Source: an uncultured Gammaproteobacteria bacterium (GTDB taxonomy: Bacteria; Pseudomonadota; Gammaproteobacteria; UBA4575). From it: DNA of 64,000 nucleotides. A program made the position numbers and the translations under genes. Under the pieces are notes generated by a model. That model ran no database searches. It saw nothing but the letters and a program-made list of their open reading frames with translations, and was not told the DNA's origin. The stretch is from assembly GCA_963976865.1 (NCBI GenBank), contig CAXBLY010000001.1:671224-735223 (forward strand). Direction: 5' to 3'. Of this stretch, positions 56,143-64,000 are shown piece by piece (the first letter of the stretch is position 1; each line of letters opens with the position of its first letter).

Positions 56143-59100
56143 ATGAGACAGCTGTTTCAATTGTTTGCCAGTCAGCGTTTTTCACCGTTATTTATAGTGC
56201 AGTTTCTGGGGGCGTTTAGCGACAATATATTTAAATCTGCATTGTTAATATTAATTACATATAAATTTGCAGACAATGTAGGTGTAGAAGCCTCTATTCT
56301 CAATATGCTTGCTGCAGGTTTATTTATACTTCCTTTCTTTTTGTTTTCGGCATTTGGTGGCTTATTAGCTGACAAATTCAGTAAGCACATATTAATACGT
56401 TATATAAAAGCATTTGAACTGACGATTTTGATGATCGCATCCTTTGCCTTGATTTATGAACAGGTGTGGATGCTGTTTATATGTCTGTGCATGACAGGGC
56501 TGCAGTCAGCATTATTTGGGCCAGCTAAATATGGAATATTGCCGGAGCTTCTGAAAGATCGAGAATTGTTATCAGGTAATGCGCTGGTTGAAGCAGGTAC
56601 TTTCTTGTCTATATTGTTAGGCACAATTGTCGGCGGGCTCCTTATACTCGGGGATCATGGTGCGCTATCTATATCAATAGTTTTATTGATGTGTTCTTTA
56701 ACGGGCTGGATAGCGAGTTTTGTCATACCAAGTATTCCCAGTGCAAATCCAGCGTTAAAATTAACTGCAAATATTTTCAAACAGACTTATGATGTTTACA
56801 CGCTGGGAATTAAGCACTGGGAAATAAGACGAGTAATATTTGCAATATCCTGGTTCTGGTTTCTGGGCTATGTCATTCAATCACAGCTCAATCCCTTAAC
56901 GGCAACAGTTCTGTTTGCAGATGAGCAGGTTGCAGTATTGATGCTGGTGATGTTTACCATAGGGATTGGTGTGGGATCTCTCCTCTGCAGCATTATAATG
57001 GCAGGAGAGATAAGCGCCAGGATAGTTCCATTTGCAGGGATTGCAATGTCGCTATTCAGCTTCGATTTGTATCTGTCTCTGGATAAAGTAGTGCAACAGG
57101 CAATGTCATCCGGGCTGAATACAGTTTCTGAATTTCTGGCGAATAAGCAGCATTGGCGTATTCTGCTGGATATGCTGTTGTTATCTGTCGCAGCAGGTTT
57201 TTATATAGTGCCGTTATATACCTTGCTGCAAAAGCGGGTTGAAGATAAATTGCGTGCACGCACTATTGCAGCAAACAATATATCAAATGCCATGTTCATG
57301 GTGCTGGCATCTGTGCTGGTTATAGCAGTGTTAAGTACTGGATTTGAAATAGCTGATTTATTCTGGATGTTAGCCGTTATTAATTTATTTGTGTCGATAT
57401 ATATCATGAAAATAATACCAAAACAGACATTGAAAACACTGGGAAGAATTATATTTAAACTGCTGTACAGAGTTGAAGTTAAGGGACTTGAAAATTTCCC
57501 AACTGACGATTCAGCTTATGTGATTGTAGCAAACCACACATCATTTCTTGATGGGCCATTATTAATGAGTTATATGCCAGAGCTGCCAGTCTTTGCAATT
57601 AATACTGATGTAAATAAAAAATGGTGGGCAAAAATTTTCACGCAGTTTTTTGAGATGTATCCCCTGGATGCTACCCAGCCAATGGCAGTCAAAGGTCTGG
57701 TTAAAATGCTCAAAAATGGTAGAAAAGTAGTGATATTCCCCGAAGGGAGGATTACAAATAATGGTAGCCTGATGAAAGTGTATGAGGGTCCTGGGAAAAT
57801 TGCCGAACTCGGTGGAGCACAGCTGATACCTGTTCGTATAGATGGGGCGCAATATACACGGTTTGGTCGTTTGAAAGGGCTGGTCAAATTAAAACTGTTC
57901 CCGAAGATTACTATCTCAATATGTCCGCCAGTGGAGACAGGTATTCCTAAAGAAGTGCGTGGTAGTGCTCGCAAGTCAGCATTGAGAAGAAAAGTTTACG
58001 ATGTCATGACTGACATGATGTATAAGACGACGAATACGAATGAAACGTTATATCACGCATTAGCCGCATCAATTGACAAGTACGGTAAGTCTCATGAAGT
58101 ATTAGAGGATATTGAACGCAAGCCTATAACACTGGGCAAGGTATTGTTGGGCAGTATTGTTCTTGGGCGTGTGCTGTCAAGACATGTGAAAAAAGGCGAA
58201 CATGTAGGAATGCTGTTGCCGAATGCAATCCCTACAGGTGTGACATTTTACGCATTACAGGCGATAGGCGCGATACCTGCCATGCTGAATTTCACAGTAG
58301 GGAAGACCAGCATTACATCGGCACTAGATACTGCAAAAGTAAAAACAGTCATAACATCACGCAGATTTATTGAACTGGGACAACTGGAAGAGCTGGAGAA
58401 TGTAATTCAGCAGAATGCTGAGATTATTTATCTGGAGGATGTGAAACAGAGTATACGTCTGTTAGATAAAGTAGCGGGAATATTAGTAGCAAAAACAGGA
58501 ATAGGTCTATATAAACACCAGGCTGATCCAGACGAACCTGCTGTAATACTGTTTACTTCAGGTTCAGAGGGGTCGCCCAAAGGTGTGGTGTTGAGTCATA
58601 AAAACCTGTTGTCAAATCAGGCTCAGGTAAAAGCGTGCCTGGATTTCTCGTCGAAAGACCAGTTTTTTAATGCACTTCCCGTATTCCATTCGTTTGGCCT
58701 GGGTGTGGGTCTGGTATTGCCAGTATCAAGTGGAATAAAGACTTTTCTTTATCCTTCACCATTGCATTACAAGATTGTTCCGGAGCTGGTTTACGACACT
58801 AAATCCACCGTGGTATTTGGGACAGATACATTCTTAAGTGGTTATGCCACGCACGGTGACCCGGAAGACTTTCAATTCACGCGATATGTGATTGCAGGTG
58901 CGGAGAAACTTAAAGCGTCAACAAGAGAAAACTGGTTCAAAAAGTTTGGTGTTAGAATTTTTGAGGGATATGGAGTGACGGAAACATCACCTGCCTTAAG
59001 TATTAATAATTACAGTTTTTGCAAATTTGGAACCGTGGGCAGAATGTTCCCTGGAATACAGACAAAGCTGGAATCTGTTCCTGGAGTCAAGCAGGGTGGA

Positions 59101-59568
59101 CGGCTGTGGGTGAAAGGCAACAATATTATGCTGGGATATTTGCGCGCCGACAATCCTGGTGTGCTGGAGCCGGTGACGGACGGATGGTACGACACTGGTG
59201 ATATCGTTGATATTGATGACGAAGGTTACGTGAGCATATTGGGGCGCGCAAAACGATTTGCTAAAATTGGTGGTGAAATGGTATCTCTGACACAGGTTGA
59301 AGAATGGGTGACAGCGTTGTGGCCAGATCAGGATCACTGTGTATGCGCTATTTCTGATGATCGTAAAGGCGAAAAATTAGTATTGGTCACAACGCGTGAT
59401 GATGCAGACAGAAAGACTGTCCAGAAGCATATTACTTCGAATGGGGGTGCTGAAATCATGGTGCCTAAAGAAATATTACTGGTAAAACAAATACCGGTCT
59501 TGGGTACGGGTAAATTAGATTATCCAGCAATACAGGAGTTAGCAAATGATTATGAGAAACACCAATAA
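56143..59568 (+). CDS. aas: MFS (LplT-like)-acyltransferase-acyl-ACP synthetase fusion (Aas-like)
   Basis: N-terminal MFS; NHTSFLD and FPEG (acyltransferase); FTSGSEG.PKG, YGVTE, YDTGD (AMP-binding). Confidence 0.88.
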   Translation: MRQLFQLFASQRFSPLFIVQFLGAFSDNIFKSALLILITYKFADNVGVEASILNMLAAGLFILPFFLFSAFGGLLADKFSKHILIRYIKAFELTILMIASFALIYEQVWMLFICLCMTGLQSALFGPAKYGILPELLKDRELLSGNALVEAGTFLSILLGTIVGGLLILGDHGALSISIVLLMCSLTGWIASFVIPSIPSANPALKLTANIFKQTYDVYTLGIKHWEIRRVIFAISWFWFLGYVIQSQLNPLTATVLFADEQVAVLMLVMFTIGIGVGSLLCSIIMAGEISARIVPFAGIAMSLFSFDLYLSLDKVVQQAMSSGLNTVSEFLANKQHWRILLDMLLLSVAAGFYIVPLYTLLQKRVEDKLRARTIAANNISNAMFMVLASVLVIAVLSTGFEIADLFWMLAVINLFVSIYIMKIIPKQTLKTLGRIIFKLLYRVEVKGLENFPTDDSAYVIVANHTSFLDGPLLMSYMPELPVFAINTDVNKKWWAKIFTQFFEMYPLDATQPMAVKGLVKMLKNGRKVVIFPEGRITNNGSLMKVYEGPGKIAELGGAQLIPVRIDGAQYTRFGRLKGLVKLKLFPKITISICPPVETGIPKEVRGSARKSALRRKVYDVMTDMMYKTTNTNETLYHALAASIDKYGKSHEVLEDIERKPITLGKVLLGSIVLGRVLSRHVKKGEHVGMLLPNAIPTGVTFYALQAIGAIPAMLNFTVGKTSITSALDTAKVKTVITSRRFIELGQLEELENVIQQNAEIIYLEDVKQSIRLLDKVAGILVAKTGIGLYKHQADPDEPAVILFTSGSEGSPKGVVLSHKNLLSNQAQVKACLDFSSKDQFFNALPVFHSFGLGVGLVLPVSSGIKTFLYPSPLHYKIVPELVYDTKSTVVFGTDTFLSGYATHGDPEDFQFTRYVIAGAEKLKASTRENWFKKFGVRIFEGYGVTETSPALSINNYSFCKFGTVGRMFPGIQTKLESVPGVKQGGRLWVKGNNIMLGYLRADNPGVLEPVTDGWYDTGDIVDIDDEGYVSILGRAKRFAKIGGEMVSLTQVEEWVTALWPDQDHCVCAISDDRKGEKLVLVTTRDDADRKTVQKHITSNGGAEIMVPKEILLVKQIPVLGTGKLDYPAIQELANDYEKHQ

Positions 59569-59608
59569 TATTAAAGTCAACAAGGTAAATAAAAGTATAG
59601 GACACACC

Positions 59609-60022
59609 ATGAAAAATACATTGCTAATTATGTTCACCATCCTGATTTCGCTATTGATATTGACTGCTTGTAATACTAATCCCAGAAAAGAAGCAGAAGA
59701 CCTGAATTACAAAGCCAAAGCCTACGGCAAGTTGATACGCTGGAAAGCATATGACGATGCGAGTAGCTATATTAAATTGCGCGATGGTGGAAATGTTGTG
59801 GTCGATTCAGATTTGCTTAATGAAATAAGAGTCACCAAGTACGAAGTAACTTCTATCATAATGAATGATGAACGTGACGAAGCTGTTATTGTCGCAGAGA
59901 TTGCCTATTATCATGAGAGAGTGAATAGTGTGCGTGAAATTAAAAACCAGCAAATATGGTGGAAAGAAGAGAGTACGGGTGCATGGTATCTGGATGGGCA
60001 GTTGCCACCGTTTATTAGGTAG
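59609..60022 (+). CDS. Hypothetical lipoprotein
   Basis: LTAC lipobox. Confidence 0.75.
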   Translation: MKNTLLIMFTILISLLILTACNTNPRKEAEDLNYKAKAYGKLIRWKAYDDASSYIKLRDGGNVVVDSDLLNEIRVTKYEVTSIIMNDERDEAVIVAEIAYYHERVNSVREIKNQQIWWKEESTGAWYLDGQLPPFIR

Positions 60023-60860
60023 CTTTGTGTTTCCATCTTTTATGCGTCCATAACCATGAAGATGGATTTTTTACGATTAGTTCTTCTACACAACTGGCAT
60101 ATTTTCGGGTTAATGTATACGCGTCAGTATTTTTTGGGTTAAGACTTAATCTGCTGGCGCTGGCTTTATAGTGGCCGCGTGTGGTTTTCTCGATGCCAAT
60201 AAAAAAAGTCGGATAGCCTGTAAGCTTTATTATCTTCTCGCTGCCAAGGAAAAACCTGGTTGGCTGGTTCAGAAACATTACCTCAAGCGACTGATCCCTT
60301 GAGCGAGGCTCCAGGTCTGCAAGCATGGCGATAGATCTTTTGGCATTTTTTCTTAAGACAACATCCTTAGCTAACTTTTTGTAAGGTATGGGCGTGCTGT
60401 GATGTCTGGAGCGCATTGAAAAAATAAATTTATCCAGGCCTTTGGCGTGCACTGGTTTATAAACCGGGTCTATGATGAAGTTATATTTCAAGTGTGCCGC
60501 AAACGATATCCATTCAACAGGTGCAGTATGTGCAGTTAACATGAATACAGATTTGCCTGCTTGCACCAGGTGCTGAATTTCCTCAAACCCTTCTAAAGTA
60601 ATTCTGGATTCAATATCAGTGTCCGAAATGGTGTTGGCCTTGATGGACTCAAGGAGAGTGTCAGTCAAGTGTCGATAGGCAGACTTCTGAATATAGCAAA
60701 TTTGGTGGTCTGTCTTTTCAGGGAAGGAATTGCGAATATTCTGATAACTGGTGCTTCGTCTGTACCTGACAATATGAAATAAAATAAATGATGATAAATC
60801 AGATAAAAAATACAGCGTGCCATAAGGCAGTTTTGATAGGGCTCTATATATAAACATCAA
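60015..60860 (-). CDS. Lipid A acyltransferase (LpxL/HtrB) family protein
   Basis: AH...E motif, LAD, P..WLW.HKRWK. Confidence 0.85.
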   Translation of the reverse strand: MMFIYRALSKLPYGTLYFLSDLSSFILFHIVRYRRSTSYQNIRNSFPEKTDHQICYIQKSAYRHLTDTLLESIKANTISDTDIESRITLEGFEEIQHLVQAGKSVFMLTAHTAPVEWISFAAHLKYNFIIDPVYKPVHAKGLDKFIFSMRSRHHSTPIPYKKLAKDVVLRKNAKRSIAMLADLEPRSRDQSLEVMFLNQPTRFFLGSEKIIKLTGYPTFFIGIEKTTRGHYKASASRLSLNPKNTDAYTLTRKYASCVEELIVKNPSSWLWTHKRWKHKAT

Positions 60861-60866
60861 GCATAT

Positions 60867-61673
60867 TTACCTGGAAATATATGTGTTCCAGTCTGGTTCT
60901 CTATTAGCAAATGCCAGGAATGATGGGTTTAGTAAGGATTTTTTGTTGTAGGAAAGCGCGTGCATATCCAGTCCGGTAAGGTGCCCCCCAGCCTGCTCAA
61001 TAATGCATTGTGAAGCTGCAGTATCCCACTCCCAGGTGGGGCCAAATCTGGGGTATATATCTGCGCTACCGTCCGCAACCAGACAGGACTTGATGGAGCT
61101 GCCAATAGCCAGTAATTCATGTTCTCCCACATTGGATAAAAACTTTTGCATCAATTTGCTATTGTGAGAGCGGCTGCCGCATATGCGAGGCCTAGAGTGA
61201 GTTTTAGCTGAGACATTAATCGCGACGGGTGACTTGTCCTGATCGCATCGGTATGCGTTATCTCCGGTCACGGCGTAATAAAGCTGATCTTTAATCGGTA
61301 AATAAATTGACCCAAGAACTGGCTGGTTGTGATGAATTAATGCAATATTCACTGTAAAATCAGGCCGGTTTTTAATGAACTCTCTGGTACCGTCTAGTGG
61401 ATCGATTAGCCAGAAAGTGTCCCAGTGCTTGCGAATTTCATAACTGGTATTATCAGTTTCTTCGGATATACGAGGAATATCTGGCGTAAGGATACCTAGT
61501 TGACGTTCAATATGCTCATTGGCTGCAAGGTCTGCTGTTGTCACCGGAGATTTGTCATCTTTAATATCCACTTCGTAGGATGTGTGGAAGTATTTGCGAA
61601 TAATATTTCCCGAGGTGCGTGCCACTTCGTTTATGTCGGTGACTAGATTTTTTAGTTCATTGTTAGCAAACAT
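60867..61673 (-). CDS. cysQ: 3'(2'),5'-bisphosphate nucleotidase
   Basis: SPVT.AD, SEE, IDPLDGTREF, GSSIK, WDTAA. Confidence 0.93.
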   Translation of the reverse strand: MFANNELKNLVTDINEVARTSGNIIRKYFHTSYEVDIKDDKSPVTTADLAANEHIERQLGILTPDIPRISEETDNTSYEIRKHWDTFWLIDPLDGTREFIKNRPDFTVNIALIHHNQPVLGSIYLPIKDQLYYAVTGDNAYRCDQDKSPVAINVSAKTHSRPRICGSRSHNSKLMQKFLSNVGEHELLAIGSSIKSCLVADGSADIYPRFGPTWEWDTAASQCIIEQAGGHLTGLDMHALSYNKKSLLNPSFLAFANREPDWNTYISR

Positions 61674-61730
61674 TGCCAGATTCTAGTATCGATAACGGGT
61701 TGATGTAATTTAATTTAAAAGTTGATTGTA

Positions 61731-62417
61731 ATGAATGATAGTCGTTCTTTAGATTGGGCTCAAATAGAAACGGTGTTCCTGGATATGGATGGAACGCTGA
61801 TGGACTTGGCATTCGATAATTATTTTTGGCGTGAATATGTGCCACTAATATACAGTAAAAATAATGGCATGGACGATAATGAAGCAAAGCAGTTTCTGCT
61901 TGGCAAGTATCAGAGTCAACAAGGGAGTTTGAACTGGTACTGCACGGATTACTGGTCAGACCAATTAGGTTTGAATATAAAACAGTTGAAGCAGCAAGTT
62001 TCGGCCAGAGTGAGTCTGTTTCCATTGGTGAACGAGTTCCTGACCTGGCTAAATGATCATGGAAAAAGGGCGGTATTGCTCACGAATGCGCATATGGATA
62101 GTGTTGAGATCAAAATGAATCAGACGGGAATAGGGGATAAGTTTGATCGTATTATTACTTCCCACAGCTATGGTTATGCTAAAGAGCAGGATGAGTTTTG
62201 GCAGCTATTGGCTGTTGATGAGGATTATCAACAGGAAGCAACACTGTTAGTTGACGATAATATTTCAGTATTACAGGCTGCAGACCGTCACGGTATTAAA
62301 TATCTGCGAAGTGTGTTCAAGCCTGATACTACTTTGCCAATTCAGGATACGCAGGGATATCTGGCCATAAATGGCTTTCATGATATTGTGGATGACCTGT
62401 CAGGTGATTCGCTATAG
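61731..62417 (+). CDS. yrfG: GMP/IMP nucleotidase (HAD family)
   Basis: LDMDGTL.DLAFDN.FW, WYCTDYWS, TNAH, GYAKE. Confidence 0.9.
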   Translation: MNDSRSLDWAQIETVFLDMDGTLMDLAFDNYFWREYVPLIYSKNNGMDDNEAKQFLLGKYQSQQGSLNWYCTDYWSDQLGLNIKQLKQQVSARVSLFPLVNEFLTWLNDHGKRAVLLTNAHMDSVEIKMNQTGIGDKFDRIITSHSYGYAKEQDEFWQLLAVDEDYQQEATLLVDDNISVLQAADRHGIKYLRSVFKPDTTLPIQDTQGYLAINGFHDIVDDLSGDSL

Positions 62418-62430
62418 ACAGGTGAGGCTA

Positions 62431-62847
62431 TTAACCTCGTTTCCAGTGCTTGAACTTTTTCTTGCAATACGTGAGTAATTCATCGTAATTGCGGAAATAT
62501 AATTCAAATCCTTCTTCCGAAGGGGAGTCAAATTCACAATAATCGTTGGTATGATCTCGGCATATCTGGGGGCGTGCGTCATAAATACCGCAGCCACCAC
62601 CCGGTAGAATATGCGTACATCGGCCTGTAATTAAGAGACACCAGCCCTCGTCATCCCGATATACTTCGATATGATCGTGCGATACCTGCCAAAGTAAATA
62701 TTCATATTCCTGCTTGCTTCTGGGTGTGTCAATCGGCTGCGTCACATAAGTACAGCAAATTGAATTTGTACAAAAGCCACATTTATTTTCTGGCGTGATC
62801 TCTATACTGGGGTCTAGTGTTACTTTAATATCGTCGAGTCTTAACAT
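62431..62847 (-). CDS. YkgJ family cysteine cluster protein
   Basis: CGFC...CC, C..., CGIY..RPQICR. Confidence 0.85.
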   Translation of the reverse strand: MLRLDDIKVTLDPSIEITPENKCGFCTNSICCTYVTQPIDTPRSKQEYEYLLWQVSHDHIEVYRDDEGWCLLITGRCTHILPGGGCGIYDARPQICRDHTNDYCEFDSPSEEGFELYFRNYDELLTYCKKKFKHWKRG

Positions 62848-62883
62848 GGTGCTTACTTGAAAAAGTTAATCGTAAGTTGCTCA

Positions 62884-63270
62884 TCAGGAGCCAGAGCGGT
62901 CCCAGGCGTATGCGCAATCCAATTCCGAGCGAACTAATAATAATCCTTTATCGCTGTTCAACATAGTAGCAATTGGTGTATTGTTTTTAAATCGCCTATG
63001 CGGCGTGTTTAGCCAGCGAGAGCCCATCTGTATATTGCGTGGATAGGTCGTCCTTAAGGCATCAGCGATACCTGCAATATGTTCAATGCGAGTCACCGTT
63101 TCGCTATTCATGGGGAATGCAGCGCCATTTCTGAATTTATCTAAATGACGTGTGCGAGTATTGCCAGGTAATGCGAGTAATTGAATTATTTGTTTCCCAT
63201 CCAGGCCCCAGTCGTCCATCAGCTGCATAGTCATCTGGGTGATAATGGATTTATCTGTGTCAGTGTTCAT
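62884..63270 (-). CDS. Xre/MbcA/ParS antitoxin-like (DUF2384-type) protein
   Basis: N-terminal helical region; WL.TP...F...TP C-terminal pattern. Confidence 0.65.
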   Translation of the reverse strand: MNTDTDKSIITQMTMQLMDDWGLDGKQIIQLLALPGNTRTRHLDKFRNGAAFPMNSETVTRIEHIAGIADALRTTYPRNIQMGSRWLNTPHRRFKNNTPIATMLNSDKGLLLVRSELDCAYAWDRSGS

Positions 63271-63285
63271 TGAGTAGTGCGACGC

Positions 63286-63585
63286 TTATTCTGTCTCGTC
63301 GGGTTTGTTGGGTTTTTTGAGTGCATCGATAGATATTACCGAGGACTGCCTGGGTTCGTCCGCATATCTGGGCCTTTCCTTAATGTCCAGGCCAGACTGC
63401 TGTGCCAACTCGTGTTCTCTGGCAGTGATCAGTCCAAAACACATGCGTATGTCTTCGCGAGTAGTTTCACTTAATACATGTTTCATGCCCGGGCTGGGTG
63501 TTGTTTCCCGAATAATAGCGGACAGCACTTTTCGCATAACTAGTAGAGTACGTTGTTCTTTTCCAGGTTTGATATCTGATGGCAT
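63286..63585 (-). CDS. Conserved hypothetical protein
   Basis: 99 aa; MRKVL..IIRETTP.PGMKH.LS, IT.RE.ELA. Confidence 0.7.
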   Translation of the reverse strand: MPSDIKPGKEQRTLLVMRKVLSAIIRETTPSPGMKHVLSETTREDIRMCFGLITAREHELAQQSGLDIKERPRYADEPRQSSVISIDALKKPNKPDETE

Positions 63586-63711
63586 GTGCTTAATTATATT
63601 GTATATTATGTCGAATACTTAGTGGATTTAAGCATACCACGAACTGCATTATTCCGCTTGTGACACCACGATGGAACTAATGTCACAGATTTTATCTAAT
63701 AGCTAAATATT

Positions 63712-64000
63712 ATGACCACTAGCAAAATTAAATTTCACGTTGGGCAAATAATTGAGCATAACCATTTTGGTTACAGGGGAGTAATTTACGATGTGGATGC
63801 TGAGTTTAATGGCACGGATTCATGGTATAGAAGCGTCGCAAAGTCACAGCCACCAAAAAACGAGCCCTGGTACCATGTTCTGGTAGATAGCTCAGACGAT
63901 ACTACCTACGTGGCTGAACGAAATCTCCTGCCCACCAGTAATACAGCAGAAATCGATCATCCACTGGTTAATGCGTATTTTTCAAGTTTTTCCAGTAACC
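63712..64000 (+). CDS. hspQ: Heat shock protein HspQ (YccV-like), partial
   Basis: Manual translation: KFHVGQIIEH..FGYRGVIYDVD...PWYHVLVD...TYVAERNL; runs off the window edge. Confidence 0.88.
   Translation, partial: MTTSKIKFHVGQIIEHNHFGYRGVIYDVDAEFNGTDSWYRSVAKSQPPKNEPWYHVLVDSSDDTTYVAERNLLPTSNTAEIDHPLVNAYFSSFSSN

Noticed and set aside
60867-62417. No nudE between cysQ and yrfG, and no gmk after yicC
   Set aside because: Ordinary synteny variation; the genes may lie elsewhere in the genome.

Overview
Chromosomal window of a gammaproteobacterium, judged from the gene set and order. Positions 1-12140 hold housekeeping genes (hemW, rdgB, rph, yicC, hsp20, cbpA, degQ-like, moaD/C, asmA, mutY, yggX) and end in tRNA-Phe(GAA). 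An accessory region follows. Its main feature, at 13431-20247, is an integron-like array of single-gene modules separated by at least 12 copies of a ~30-31 bp imperfect palindrome (consensus about WATGACCGCTWTTGRGCCGAAAGCRGACAWT). The repeat is not a canonical attC, dif, REP or CRISPR repeat, and no recombinase gene lies in the window. Cargo includes small membrane proteins, two VPLPA-CTERM proteins and a heme peroxidase. Further on are a UbiA/GtrA/HAD/GT-C glycosylation cluster, a Zur-box zinc-related operon and several regulators. A second notable system at 42155-53649 is a five-gene DUF11 operon. Its Ig domains appear split between the N- and C-termini of different subunits, which suggests a donor-strand-complemented, possibly isopeptide-crosslinked filament. 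The predicted parts are a tip, two shaft subunits, a chaperone-like subunit and an OmpA/beta-barrel base. The window ends with TetR-aas, an LpxL-family gene, cysQ, yrfG, a YkgJ/antitoxin-like cluster and a partial hspQ. All calls come from reading the sequence by eye; no database searches were run.
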